DNA of 64,000 bases from Candidatus Thioglobus autotrophicus (GCA_022448455.1 JAKUUR010000002.1:10241-74240), one strand, 5' to 3'. Positions 21,069-33,210 are shown, counted from the stretch's first letter. The notes: a model not told the origin generated them from the letters alone. Numbers and translations are program-made.

Positions 21069-21683
21069 TTATTTCCTTATAACCCTAGGAACGCTGATGT
21101 TCGGCTCTATACTTACGGGTTCATAAACCACTCTGCCTAATTCTTCGTCGTATCGCATTTCGACTTCACCAATCATTGGAAAGTCTTTTCTAAGTGGATG
21201 GCCGACAAAGCCGTAATCCGTCAAAATTCTGCGCAAATCGGTGTGGTTCTCAAACAAGATACCAAATAAATCAAAGGCTTCTCTCTCATACCAATCGGCT
21301 GAATTCCAAATCCCTGTGACAGACTTAATCATCAGCGAGTCATCTGGAAGAAGCGCTTTTACTCGTAGACGATTATTGTTTGAAACTGACAGTAAGTGGT
21401 AAACAACAGCAAATCGATTGTTTTGTTTTTTTTCAGAAAGTTGTAACTCACGGGCGCGACCGTAACCAGAAGAGCTAGCGTTACCGTCCCAATCTGATTC
21501 TCCATAAGATAGGTAATCGATACCACACAAGTCAATCAAAATATCAAAATTAAACTCATCTCTTAGTTGAGTGCAGATCTTTACAACACTGCCGCTATCG
21601 ATCGTCAACGTCAACTCATTAAAAGAGTCGTTAACGCTTTTTCTGCCAAATGCTTTGATTAATTGTTGTTTTAATTTTTTCAT
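21069..21683 (-). CDS. nuoC: NADH-quinone oxidoreductase subunit C
   Basis: [35 protein letters not shown] motif. Confidence 0.97.
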   Translation of the reverse strand: MKKLKQQLIKAFGRKSVNDSFNELTLTIDSGSVVKICTQLRDEFNFDILIDLCGIDYLSYGESDWDGNASSSGYGRARELQLSEKKQNNRFAVVYHLLSVSNNNRLRVKALLPDDSLMIKSVTGIWNSADWYEREAFDLFGILFENHTDLRRILTDYGFVGHPLRKDFPMIGEVEMRYDEELGRVVYEPVSIEPNISVPRVIRK

Positions 21684-21686
21684 ATA

Positions 21687-22166
21687 TTAGCTTCTAGCAA
21701 TGGTATTGGTGCGACGTATTTTATCTTGCAGTTGAAGTATTCCATACAACAGCGCTTCTGCAGTAGGTGGGCAGCCCGGCACATAGATATCAACCGGCAC
21801 AATTCTGTCACAACCCCGCACAACCGCATAAGAGTAGTGGTAATAACCACCGCCATTAGCGCAGGACCCCATAGATATGACATACCTTGGCTCTGGCATC
21901 TGATCATAAACTTTGCGAAAAGGAGAGGCCATCTTGTTAGTTAAGGTTCCTGCAACAATCATCAAGTCAGATTGTCGAGGTGATGGCCGGAAAACGATGC
22001 CAAAGCGGTCGAGATCATATCGTGACGAGCCAGCCTCCATCATTTCAACAGCGCAACAAGCCAAACCAAAGGTCATTGGCCAAAGAGACCCAGTACGCGC
22101 CCAGTTGATTACCTTGTCCAGCGAAGTGGTAACAAAGCCCTCTTTCATTAAACCTTCAATAGCCAT
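21687..22166 (-). CDS. nuoB: NADH-quinone oxidoreductase subunit B
   Basis: [27 protein letters not shown] motifs. Confidence 0.98.
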   Translation of the reverse strand: MAIEGLMKEGFVTTSLDKVINWARTGSLWPMTFGLACCAVEMMEAGSSRYDLDRFGIVFRPSPRQSDLMIVAGTLTNKMASPFRKVYDQMPEPRYVISMGSCANGGGYYHYSYAVVRGCDRIVPVDIYVPGCPPTAEALLYGILQLQDKIRRTNTIARS

Positions 22167-22178
22167 AATAAATTCTCG

Positions 22179-22535
22179 TTACTCCCACTCTAGCGCACCT
22201 TTCTTCCACTCGAAAATAAAACCTACCACAAGCAACAACAAGAAAACAGACATTCCTATAAAGCCAAACCAGCCAAGTTTCGATTGAACGACTGCCCATG
22301 GGATAAAAAAGGCAACCTCTAGATCAAACAGAATGAACAGAATCGCTACTAGATAATAACGCACATTGAAGTGCATTCGTGAATCTTCAAATGCAGGGAA
22401 ACCGCACTCAAACTGGGAATTTTTCTCTTCATCAGGTTTGCTGGGTCCAAGAAGATAGCCGACAAGTGTTAGACCCACACCGAAAGCGATTCCTAAGAAA
22501 ATAAAAACGATAATAGGTAAATAATTTTCTAGCAC
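22179..22535 (-). CDS. nuoA: NADH-quinone oxidoreductase subunit A (probable GTG start at 22535; track gives 22559)
   Basis: [29 protein letters not shown] motifs; 118 aa from GTG (MLENYLPII). Confidence 0.95.
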   Translation of the reverse strand: MLENYLPIIVFIFLGIAFGVGLTLVGYLLGPSKPDEEKNSQFECGFPAFEDSRMHFNVRYYLVAILFILFDLEVAFFIPWAVVQSKLGWFGFIGMSVFLLLLVVGFIFEWKKGALEWE

Positions 22536-22630
22536 TTTTTTTGTTAGTTTTAACCACAAGAGATTATAACAACTTAATCACAAAAAACTAGAAAAAAGTA
22601 CTCAAAATCAGCAAAAGAAGAGGTATTAAC

Positions 22631-24055
22631 CTACATATTTAACTGTGTACCTCCAACAGTCAGCATATCAACCTTCAAACTAGGCTGACCAACACCAACA
22701 GGAACATTCTGACCTTCTTTACCGCAAACGCCAACACCTGGATCCATCTTAAGGTCATTGCCAACCATAGAAATCTGATGTAGTACCTCGTCACCTGACC
22801 CAATCAATGTGGCTCCCTTAATGGGCTTCGTTATCTTGCCAGCTTTGATCAGATAAGCTTCATTGGCTGAAAAAACAAATTTTCCAGAGGTAATGTCAAC
22901 CTGTCCACCTTCAAAATTTTTTGCATAAATACCACTCTCTACTGACGAAACCATATCCTCAAAATGATCTTCACCATTTAGCATGTAAGTGTTGGTCATT
23001 CTTGGCATAGGTATGTGGGCGTAGGATTCACGTCTAGCATTACCAGTGCTAGGCTGACCCATGAGGCGACCATTTAGTTTGTCTAGCATGTACCTTTTTA
23101 ATATGCCACTTTCTATTAATACCGTCTCTTGAGTTGGCGTACCCTCATCATCAATTGTCAAACTTCCACGATGGTTTGCTAGCGTTCCATTGTCAACAAT
23201 GGTGCACTTTTCACTGGAGACTTGTTCGCCAATTCTGTTACTAAAAACGGAACTGCCTTTGCGATTAAAGTCACCCTCGAGTCCATGTCCGATCGCTTCG
23301 TGAAGCAGCACACCTGGCCAACCAGAGCCAAGGATAACAGGCATCTTCCCTGCAGGCGCCTCTTCTGATTCTAGCGCCACTAACGCTAGTCGAATGGCCT
23401 CCTTGGTATAAGTATTAGCCAAAGAGTTGTTGACAAAGTATTCATAGTCATAGCGACCGCCTCCGCCACTTGAAGCCTGCTCGATTCTACCATTATGCTC
23501 CACAATAACAGTCACATTAACTCTTACCATGGGACGGCAATCTATCTGATAGACGCCATCCGTAGAAGCAATTAAAACCTCGGTGTAAGAGCCAGAAAGT
23601 GACGCACTGACCTCAACCACTTTAGGTTCTTTTCGAGCGATCGAGTTAATCTGTCTAAGTAAGTCAACCTTTTCTTTTGAGGTTAAACTCTCTAGCGGAC
23701 TTAAAGCTGGATACTTAGAAGGATAATCTATGCTTTTTAGAGGACTTGAGTTTTGACCTTGAGGGCTGTCAGATATTCCTTTTGCAAAATCAATGGCGCC
23801 TTGGATTGCCTTAAGGTTTAGTTCATCTGAATAGGAAAAACCCGTCTTATCTCTTCTAACACACCGAGCACCAACACCGTGGTTGATACTATATGAGCCA
23901 TCCTTGACGATACCTTCATCCAACAACCATGACTCTGCTATTGAGTGCTGAAAATATAAATCAGAATAGTCAGAGCCAGTTTCAGATAGGCAATTCAGTA
24001 ACCCATAAATCCCATCTTTAGTAATACTATGATCATTAAGTAATTGATTTATCAT
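22631..24055 (-). CDS. tldD: Metalloprotease TldD
   Basis: GWPGVLLHEAIGHGLEGDFNRKG, PRMTNTYM, CGKEGQNVPVGVGQP motifs; follows yhdP-like gene. Confidence 0.96.
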   Translation of the reverse strand: MINQLLNDHSITKDGIYGLLNCLSETGSDYSDLYFQHSIAESWLLDEGIVKDGSYSINHGVGARCVRRDKTGFSYSDELNLKAIQGAIDFAKGISDSPQGQNSSPLKSIDYPSKYPALSPLESLTSKEKVDLLRQINSIARKEPKVVEVSASLSGSYTEVLIASTDGVYQIDCRPMVRVNVTVIVEHNGRIEQASSGGGGRYDYEYFVNNSLANTYTKEAIRLALVALESEEAPAGKMPVILGSGWPGVLLHEAIGHGLEGDFNRKGSSVFSNRIGEQVSSEKCTIVDNGTLANHRGSLTIDDEGTPTQETVLIESGILKRYMLDKLNGRLMGQPSTGNARRESYAHIPMPRMTNTYMLNGEDHFEDMVSSVESGIYAKNFEGGQVDITSGKFVFSANEAYLIKAGKITKPIKGATLIGSGDEVLHQISMVGNDLKMDPGVGVCGKEGQNVPVGVGQPSLKVDMLTVGGTQLNM

Positions 24056-26574
24056 AAAACTTTAACACCATCTAGTTTTTCGATTATGGGCTCAGACCAA
24101 GGTCCTGTAATGACAAAGGTAACCTCAACAAAATTATCAAACAAGCTGCCAATAATTTCGCCACCAAAAAGCATCTTATCAGCAGCCCAAATACCAAAAC
24201 CAGCCCAGCCACCACCGGCTAAATAAGTCGCCAAGGGTATGGTGTCAGCAATTGAAGGCTGGACATTTGCTGCTAAATTGTAATCACGCTCAATTAAATC
24301 AATATAGCCCGTCAATTCAATGTCGCTTTCCTCACTCTCGACTTGAAAATAATCAACCTTGGCCTTACCATTGTTAACTAACAATTTAACATTAATTCGG
24401 TCATACACAAAGCCCTGCTCCCTCAGTTCACTTCTTGACATCCTCATCCTATTCGCGATCGACTCTAAATTAATAAATGAGAGTAGCTTGAAGAAGCTTG
24501 GATCCTGATTGGTGAAAACACCTTCCTCAATATTGGTTGTAATAAAACCGCTTATTTTTGGTACCGTTGCCTCCCAGGGATTGCAGTCGCAAAATAGACG
24601 TACATCCGCTGTAAATGCGCCACCGCTGACCGGTTCATCTACTCCAAATTTGACTAAGAAGTCAGATAGGTTTTGATGCGAAGCATTTGCTCTTAGTGCT
24701 GTCCGACCATCCAACCAGTTGCCATTAAATATCAAGTCCTGTTCACTCAGCCCAACGTTTTCAAATATCAGGTTACTAATCTCCATGACTGGACCATGAC
24801 TGATCAAATCTACCTCAAGGTTTGGAACAGGTTTTCCATTAATTACAGCATCCTTCGATATTAAGTGAAAGCTTGGAAAATTTTCTGGAGAAATTTTCCA
24901 AGGAATATTGATTTCGTCGATAGATGTTATATTGAGGTCGCTCAATTCGACAATAATTGAACCATCATCACGTACTGCTAAATCAACACCCACTTGAAGG
25001 TCTTTTGATTCAATTTGAGTGTGCCATTCATCACGCATTTTCTTACTAATGTAGGCATCTATGTTACCATCTGTATGACTCATTTTCACCCTCAGTGTTG
25101 AAGATTTGTCCTTAATCCAATCACTAGGGTTTAAGGCTAATTCAAATAATTCGCCACCTATTACACCCTGACCTTTTGTTTGTATGAGGCCATCATGGTA
25201 TGAAATCTGTGAGTTATATTGTTTAACGGAAAAATTTTCATCGAATAGGCTTAATGTATTGTCGGTTACATACATGTCGAAATCAACCTCAAATTTTTTC
25301 TTTGTATCCTCTTGTAATGGTGTAACAATAGTGACATTACCCCAAACATCGCCGCTCAGTTCAAATTCATTTAGGTAGTCTTTAACTCGCACTGGAACAG
25401 GTGACTGTTTTATAAATTGAGAAATTGTCTCGCTGTTTGAATTAAATCTGCCATCTAATACTAATTTAGCTTCGGGTTTATTAAAATTGCGAATAGAAAT
25501 ATTTAAGTAGCTCAAATCAATGCCTTCGAGCTTAGCATTTTTTCCAGTTATATTGACATAATCATTAGAAAATGTCACCTTTGCATTTAGATCTGTTATA
25601 GGTGCCCAACCAGAATTCACATTTAACTTAGCATCCTGAAGGTTGGCTGAAAACTTTGTATTTGGAGTCTCAAGGTCTCCAGATATATTAAATCGTGTCG
25701 TCAGCATGATGTCTGACAAAACGCCCTCCGCTATAACTTTATCCAGCCACTCGGTACTTTGTGTATTGGCAAGCGCTTCGGGAATATTTTGATTGATTTT
25801 AGTGACATCAATCTGATCAATATAGCTTTGAAACTCTAGATAAACTTTGTCTTGTTGTGAAAAAATTTTTAGTTGAGCTGAAAGATTGAAATCTTCATTT
25901 TTTATTGTAAATGGAATAACGGCCACCCGATCAGCTCTAGCCCTGGCAACGTCAATACTGGTTTTGATGTTTACTGTGTTACCGAGTTTTGGCATCTCAG
26001 AGTCAATGACAATTGGCTGACTCACCATCGACAGCACAATCTTCTCTTTGTTCCTTTTTAATTCTATGGGTGCGAGTTGGACTGACTCATCACCAATAAG
26101 CACTGTACTATTCACTGACAGAGATTGAAGTGCTAATATTCCTGACAAACCCAAATTAGAAAAGACTGAGTCTGCATTGATAATGGATATATATTCATCA
26201 ATAAAAGATGTATCAATAACCAATTCATTGATATCGATGTGTCCAGGAATCTCAATCCCTCTATAGAGTGCCAATAAATTAGCATCCCATCGCAACACGT
26301 CAATTGATGCTATTGGATTTAACCCAGCAGCACCGATATTAACTCCCCTAACTGCCAATAACAGTTCATTGTCTTGAAATTCTAATGACAATTTTTCAAC
26401 GCTGACTTCTAGGCCACTGATTTCGGAAAGTCTTTCTTCTAGAGACTCTTTTATTGATTGAGGGAAGGTGATTAAAAATGCAACAATCAACAACAAAAGC
26501 ATTGAAATTATGGCTGTTATCCAGGTGCTTATTTTTAGTAAATTAAGACTTCTGAGGAGGTTTTTTTTAAGCAT
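24052..26574 (-). CDS. yhdP: YhdP/AsmA2-like bridge lipid-transfer protein (short, 840 aa)
   Basis: Single N-terminal TM helix; beta-rich body; AsmA_2-like C-terminus (GFVYDRI...IELTGYIDL..RDYN...V.P); directly upstream of tldD as in the usual yhdP-tldD order. Confidence 0.7.
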   Translation of the reverse strand: MLKKNLLRSLNLLKISTWITAIISMLLLLIVAFLITFPQSIKESLEERLSEISGLEVSVEKLSLEFQDNELLLAVRGVNIGAAGLNPIASIDVLRWDANLLALYRGIEIPGHIDINELVIDTSFIDEYISIINADSVFSNLGLSGILALQSLSVNSTVLIGDESVQLAPIELKRNKEKIVLSMVSQPIVIDSEMPKLGNTVNIKTSIDVARARADRVAVIPFTIKNEDFNLSAQLKIFSQQDKVYLEFQSYIDQIDVTKINQNIPEALANTQSTEWLDKVIAEGVLSDIMLTTRFNISGDLETPNTKFSANLQDAKLNVNSGWAPITDLNAKVTFSNDYVNITGKNAKLEGIDLSYLNISIRNFNKPEAKLVLDGRFNSNSETISQFIKQSPVPVRVKDYLNEFELSGDVWGNVTIVTPLQEDTKKKFEVDFDMYVTDNTLSLFDENFSVKQYNSQISYHDGLIQTKGQGVIGGELFELALNPSDWIKDKSSTLRVKMSHTDGNIDAYISKKMRDEWHTQIESKDLQVGVDLAVRDDGSIIVELSDLNITSIDEINIPWKISPENFPSFHLISKDAVINGKPVPNLEVDLISHGPVMEISNLIFENVGLSEQDLIFNGNWLDGRTALRANASHQNLSDFLVKFGVDEPVSGGAFTADVRLFCDCNPWEATVPKISGFITTNIEEGVFTNQDPSFFKLLSFINLESIANRMRMSRSELREQGFVYDRINVKLLVNNGKAKVDYFQVESEESDIELTGYIDLIERDYNLAANVQPSIADTIPLATYLAGGGWAGFGIWAADKMLFGGEIIGSLFDNFVEVTFVITGPWSEPIIEKLDGVKVL

Positions 26575-26655
26575 ATTTATGTTGCATTCGGCTGCAAGCC
26601 ATTATAACCAAATGTATAATATGCCGGAATTTAATCTGATAACAAGGAAGATACA

Positions 26656-27117
26656 ATGAGTCGAGGTTCCAAAGGCTCTACAAAATTAATGATTGCCGTC
26701 TGGGCTATTGTTATGCTGTTTATTGGCTTTAAAGCCTTTAATGCCTCTAGCGATGATTCAGCTAGCAAAGATTCTCAAGTCGATAGTGCAACATTAGAGC
26801 GCATCAAGCAAATTGGAGAGGTCAGGATTGACAGTAATATCGCTGTCGCATCATCTGAAACTTCAGAACAAGTTGAGCGTTCAGGTGAAGAAGTTTATAA
26901 CACTAAGTGTCAAGTTTGCCACAGCTCTGGAATGAATGGTGCTCCTAAGTTCGCTTCTCTTGAAGATTGGGCACCAAGAATCGAACGTGGTATCGATGAT
27001 CTTCTTATGGTAGCTATTGCCGGTAAGGGCGGCATGCCACCAAAGGGGACTTGTATGGACTGTTCAGACAATGAACTTAAGTCCGCCATTCAATACATGA
27101 TTGATAGCGCCAAATAA
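26656..27117 (+). CDS. Cytochrome c5 (membrane-anchored monoheme)
   Basis: N-terminal anchor; CQVCH; GAPK...DWAPR; GGMPPKGTCMDCSD.EL..AI.YM c5 signature. Confidence 0.92.
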   Translation: MSRGSKGSTKLMIAVWAIVMLFIGFKAFNASSDDSASKDSQVDSATLERIKQIGEVRIDSNIAVASSETSEQVERSGEEVYNTKCQVCHSSGMNGAPKFASLEDWAPRIERGIDDLLMVAIAGKGGMPPKGTCMDCSDNELKSAIQYMIDSAK

Positions 27118-27131
27118 ACTTTGATCATTAA

Positions 27132-27623
27132 TTAGGAGATTAGTGACTGAAAGATGCCCAAGCTCCTATTTTTTTCTACATCGTTCCATGGCAGTATTCG
27201 TCCATTCATGGCAATATAGACGCCCGCTTTTAACAACTGAACTGAACCTAAAGCACAACCAAAATTAAAAAAGGCATCAGAACCATTGACTACATAAGGC
27301 ACCATCGATCCAAACAAAACGATTGTCTTGTCAATAGAGCTTTCACCCAATAGCTTGGCCGTTTCGCACATTGTGTCTGTTCCATGTGTAATTAGGATGT
27401 ATTTTTCTTCACAATTAATGCATTTCTCTAAAATTAACTCGCGGTCAGCACCAACCATGTCCAAGCTATCTATTAATAGCAATTGTTCTATCAATAAATC
27501 TACTTCTATTCTAGCTCTTGAGAGTATTTCTGGAAAATGAGTCTTATCAAATTCAAGCTCACCGTTTGATTGATTGTAAACCTTGTCAATGGTACCACCG
27601 GTAATAAATAATCTAATTTTCAT
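27132..27623 (-). CDS. Short-chain (single-domain) L-asparaginase (start revised to ATG 27623; track gives 27638)
   Basis: TGGTIDK, DSLDM, HGTDTM and GVYIAMNG motifs; no C-terminal domain. Confidence 0.85.
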   Translation of the reverse strand: MKIRLFITGGTIDKVYNQSNGELEFDKTHFPEILSRARIEVDLLIEQLLLIDSLDMVGADRELILEKCINCEEKYILITHGTDTMCETAKLLGESSIDKTIVLFGSMVPYVVNGSDAFFNFGCALGSVQLLKAGVYIAMNGRILPWNDVEKNRSLGIFQSLIS

Positions 27624-27671
27624 AATGTCATCTCGCATCAGACGTTTGCATTTCGTTAAATCTTTTGTATA

Positions 27672-28312
27672 TCAATTATATTCCCTCTCACCAAAAATAT
27701 CGGCGCCAACCCTAATAAAAGTGGCGCCTTTCTCTATTGCCAACTCCAAATCAGCAGACATCCCCATAGAAAGAGTATCCAAATCAGGATATTTTGAGAG
27801 TAATTCAGCCATTTTAGTAAAACTGTCAGCAGAATTATCTGGATTTGGTATGCACATAAAACCTCTTAAAGAAATGTTTGGTAACTTTTTTATTTCCGGA
27901 ACAATTTCGTCAATATCTTCTAGAAAAAAACCAGACTTGGTTTTTTCTCGGTCGATGTTTACCTGCAATAGGACATTCAATTGACCCAGCTTAGGATGCC
28001 TTTGGTCACTCAGCCTCTTCGCAATCTTGAATCTTTCAATACTGTGAACCCAATCAAATTTTTCCGCAATACTTGCAGTTTTGTTTGACTGTATCGGACC
28101 AATAAAATGCCAAATCAGATTTTTTCCTTCAAGCGAATCAATCTTATCTAGAGACTCTTGCAGATAATTTTCTCCAAATTGCATTTGACCTGCATCTACA
28201 GCTTGTTGAATTTCAGTGACTGAGCGAGCTTTACTAACAGCAATCAACTCAACTTGTTGATCGTGCTTAACCGAATCGATTCGTGACTTTACTTTTTTAA
28301 GATTCTCAGCAA

Positions 28313-28316
<4 letters not shown>
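27672..28316 (-). CDS. yggS: PLP homeostasis protein (YggS/PLPBP)
   Basis: LIAVSK, FGENYLQE, WHFIGPIQSNK, LSMGMSAD, IRVGADIFG motifs. Confidence 0.96.
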
Positions 28317-30044
<1,728 letters not shown>

Positions 30045-30089
30045 CTATACATTTGTAAAAACTAGCGAGTATTTTAACAGCCAGTTCAA

Positions 30090-30518
30090 CTAATGACAGA
30101 CTTTACCTAATTTTTTTAATCGCCAATAATTGAAGGGCCATGGGGTTATAAATCCAAAAAATAAGGCTATCGGTAATACTGACCATTGAAATATCGCTCC
30201 CCCCGTGAACAAATAATCGACCAAATTCATTGCCAACTCCATTGACAACATAGAAATCAAACTCATCCCTAAAGCAGTTCTAATGGCATTCCCAAATCTG
30301 ATCGATTGCCGCATCAACATGTATGTTTCTAGAAGAATACTGGTAATGATGCCATTCAGCATCGCCAAGGCAAAGATTATTATTACTGACACACCGCTGT
30401 CTTGCATGACTGCGATGGTACCAAAATCACCGATAGCACAGCCAATCAAGCACCACTTGGTGTTATTAGCACTAACCCTCCAAGTTTTTTTTCAGGACCA
30501 AAAATTATCACTGATAAT
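30090..30518 (-). CDS. DUF4396-like membrane protein with an interrupted or recoded 5' end (track ORF 30090-30449 covers only the 3' part)
   Basis: WCLIGCAIGDFGTI, SILLET, A..TALGMS.ISMLSMELAMN..D, GF..PWPFNYWRLKK.GK.CH. The frame continues upstream as SDNFWS-TGA-KKTWRVSANNTKWC, with no ATG/GTG/TTG before TAG at 30521. The 5' boundary is uncertain. Confidence 0.6.
30456..30484 (-). promoter_or_regulatory. Stem-loop just downstream of the in-frame TGA/A8 run (SECIS-like or frameshift-stimulator candidate)
   Basis: CTTGG/CCAAG lower stem, AGG/A internal loop, GTTA/TAAC upper stem, 7-nt loop GTGCTAA; first loop G is 20 nt after the TGA at 30494-30492. Confidence 0.35.
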
Positions 30519-30607
30519 CTAACCTGAAATATTATATTTTTTTGTTGCATTAGGCCATAGACTGTAAATATAGTCAAGCAAAGCCCAATGAAATCTTCAA
30601 ATGACTA

Positions 30608-31732
30608 TCACAAAAATATTTCCTGCAATTCATTTAAAAAATTGAAACCCTTTGTGGTCGGTTTAATCCATTTTTTTTGGATTTCTATTAAATCCAAATC
30701 AATCGCTTTGTCAAGTTTGGAACTTAACACTTGAAATGGTTGACCTGTTCTTGTCTCAAATAATTCGACATTAAAGCCATCCTTTAATCTAAGACTATTG
30801 AGCATAAACTCAAAGGTTATATTATCAACAACCTTGACAGATGATTCACTGTCATTGTGTTGAAATTGGACTAAGTAGTCCCTGGGAGATTTGGGCTTTA
30901 ATGTTCTAAATACCTTTTTTCCCTTAATGTCTGTAATTTTTCCGTGAGCACCTGCACCAATCCCAATATAGTCACCAAACTCCCAGTAGTTGATATTATG
31001 CTGTGAAGGTGTTTTGCCATAGGCTGATATTTCGTATTGCTCAAAACCACTATTCTGTAACAGCGCTGCGCCTTTTTCCCCCATCTCCCAGATGTTGTCT
31101 TCTGCAGGTAGTTTAGGGGGATATTTTGCAAACAAAGTGTTTGCTTCAAGTGTAAGCTGATAGAAGGAAATATGGCTTGGTTGAAGTGCAATAGCGCAAC
31201 TCAAGTCTTCCATACAGAGCTCAGTGGTTTGATCCTTTAAGCCATACATGAGATCTATATTGATGTTATCAAAGCCAACTTTTTGAGCTTCCCTAATAGC
31301 TTGGATTGCTTCCTCACTACTATGTATCCTACCCAAAAATTTTAAGTTTTTATTATTAAAAGACTGCACACCAATCGACAAACGATTGATACCAACCTCT
31401 CTAAACTGGGCGAACTTATTGGCATCAAATGTACCGGGATTTGCTTCAAGAGTGATTTCAATATTTTTAGGTATTGATAGTTTCTGTCTTAAGCCTTTGA
31501 ATAATTCTTTTGCATCATTGACACTCATTAAACTTGGAGTACCGCCACCGATAAATATCGAATGTATCTGTCGGTTTTGAAGATATTTTAGATCACAATC
31601 CAAGTCTCTAATTAATGCAGCAATATAATCAGCTTGTGGGTCACCCTCATGTGAATTAAAGTCACAATAGGGGCACTTCTTGACACACCAAGGGTAGTGG
31701 ATATATAGGGAAATTGGTGGTAATGCTAACAA
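30608..31732 (-). CDS. hemW: Radical SAM heme chaperone HemW
   Basis: LYIHYPWCVKKCPYCDFNS, IFIGGGTPS, NRLSIGVQSF, YEISAY motifs; downstream of rdgB. Confidence 0.94.
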   Translation of the reverse strand: MLALPPISLYIHYPWCVKKCPYCDFNSHEGDPQADYIAALIRDLDCDLKYLQNRQIHSIFIGGGTPSLMSVNDAKELFKGLRQKLSIPKNIEITLEANPGTFDANKFAQFREVGINRLSIGVQSFNNKNLKFLGRIHSSEEAIQAIREAQKVGFDNINIDLMYGLKDQTTELCMEDLSCAIALQPSHISFYQLTLEANTLFAKYPPKLPAEDNIWEMGEKGAALLQNSGFEQYEISAYGKTPSQHNINYWEFGDYIGIGAGAHGKITDIKGKKVFRTLKPKSPRDYLVQFQHNDSESSVKVVDNITFEFMLNSLRLKDGFNVELFETRTGQPFQVLSSKLDKAIDLDLIEIQKKWIKPTTKGFNFLNELQEIFL

Positions 31733-31733
31733 A

Positions 31734-32321
31734 CTATTCGAAAGATAAAAGGTGCTTTAAGATTTCTTGTAGTGCTTGACCACGATGTGATCGCCGGTTT
31801 TTTTCCTTTGCTGAGAGTTGTGCAGAAGTGCAATTCAGTTCAGGCAAATAAAAGATAGGGTCATAGCCAAACCCATTTTTACCTTTAAGTTCACGCAATA
31901 TTTGACCCTCCCAAGATTTTTCAACAATTATCGGTTCAGGGTCATTGGCATAACGAACAAAAACCATTGCACACCAAAAACTTGCTCTACGGTCATCCTG
32001 ATCACCCATACGAGAAAGTAGTTTAACAATATTGTCTTTGTCTGTCGCGTTTTCACCAGCGTATCTAGCAGAATATATTCCCGGCTTACCGTTCAGTGCG
32101 TCAACAACAAGTCCGGAATCATCAGCAAGCGCTGGAAGCTGGCTTTGAGCAGATGCGTTTCTAGCTTTAATGAGTGCATTCTCAATTAAACTGGCACCAG
32201 TTTCTGCCACCTCTTCTACTTTCATATCAATTTGAGAGACAACATTGTAGTGACCCTTTAGCATTGTATTTAGTTCTCTCACTTTGCCTTGATTGCTTGT
32301 AGCGAGGATTATTTTTTTCAT
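31734..32321 (-). CDS. rdgB: dITP/XTP pyrophosphatase (start revised to ATG 32321; track gives 32369)
   Basis: LATSNQGKVREL, ADDSGL, PGIYSARYAG, GFGYDPIF, SHRGQAL motifs. Confidence 0.96.
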   Translation of the reverse strand: MKKIILATSNQGKVRELNTMLKGHYNVVSQIDMKVEEVAETGASLIENALIKARNASAQSQLPALADDSGLVVDALNGKPGIYSARYAGENATDKDNIVKLLSRMGDQDDRRASFWCAMVFVRYANDPEPIIVEKSWEGQILRELKGKNGFGYDPIFYLPELNCTSAQLSAKEKNRRSHRGQALQEILKHLLSFE

Positions 32322-32360
32322 AGTGTATAATCTTTTTGAACTGAGAAAATAGAGCAAAAG

Positions 32361-33023
32361 ATGACCCAAGACGAAATGAAAATTGAGGTGGCAAAGGCTG
32401 CACTCAAGTATGTCGTTCCTAACTCTATTATAGGCGTAGGAACAGGGTCAACAGCAAATTTTTTTATCGATGAATTGGCAACAATTAAAGAACGCATCAA
32501 AGGTGCAGTGGCAAGCTCAGTTGCTACAGCAAATCGCCTTGAAGACCATGGTATTAATGTATTGGATTTGAATGATGTTGAAGAGATTTCAGTCTACATT
32601 GATGGTGCTGACGAGTCAGACAAACATTTAAACTTGATTAAAGGTGGTGGTGGTGCCCTCACCCGTGAGAAAATTGTTGCAGCAGTTTCTAACCAGTTTG
32701 TTTGTATAGCGGATGAATCTAAACTTGTAAGTGTGTTGGGGGCGTTCCCTTTACCAATCGAAGTTATACCGATGTCTACTAGCTACGTTAAACGTCAAAT
32801 TGTTAAAACGATTGGTGGCTCACCAATTTTAAGAGAAGGCTTCACTACCGACAACGGAAATCTAATACTGGATATCCATAACCTTAAAATTGAAGACCCG
32901 AAAAGACTTGAAAATCAACTAAACAACGTCGTGGGTGTAGTTACAAATGGCCTATTTGCTGGTCGGAGTGCTGACATTCTTCTTTTAGGCACTGCTAATG
33001 GAGTTAAAACAATAAAGCTCTAG
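32361..33023 (+). CDS. rpiA: Ribose-5-phosphate isomerase A
   Basis: [39 protein letters not shown] motifs. Confidence 0.97.
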   Translation: MTQDEMKIEVAKAALKYVVPNSIIGVGTGSTANFFIDELATIKERIKGAVASSVATANRLEDHGINVLDLNDVEEISVYIDGADESDKHLNLIKGGGGALTREKIVAAVSNQFVCIADESKLVSVLGAFPLPIEVIPMSTSYVKRQIVKTIGGSPILREGFTTDNGNLILDIHNLKIEDPKRLENQLNNVVGVVTNGLFAGRSADILLLGTANGVKTIKL

Positions 33024-33210
33024 TCATTTTTGTCTCTAAGTTTCGATTTATTTAGAATATATTTTTATTGACTTAGTGTTTTATTGAAATATTAGTGCTA
33101 TTTTTTTAAACTTAAATTATTGTTCACTGTACTTGGTATATAAAGCTTATCCACTTTAATTGAAAATTGACTCTTTAATCCTAGAGGAATAAAATCGACT
33201 GACGACTACC

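Noticed and set aside
8830-22287. Plus-strand ORFs across the nuo operon, and 21680-21907 on the minus strand
   Set aside because: Antisense or out-of-frame by-products of conserved nuo genes.
22536-22559. Extended nuoA start
   Set aside because: GTG at 22535 gives a typical 118-aa NuoA.
33024-33210. Very AT-rich 187-bp spacer, examined for a tRNA, sRNA or insertion scar
   Set aside because: No cloverleaf, direct repeat or stable stem found; only weak sigma70-like TTGACT boxes.
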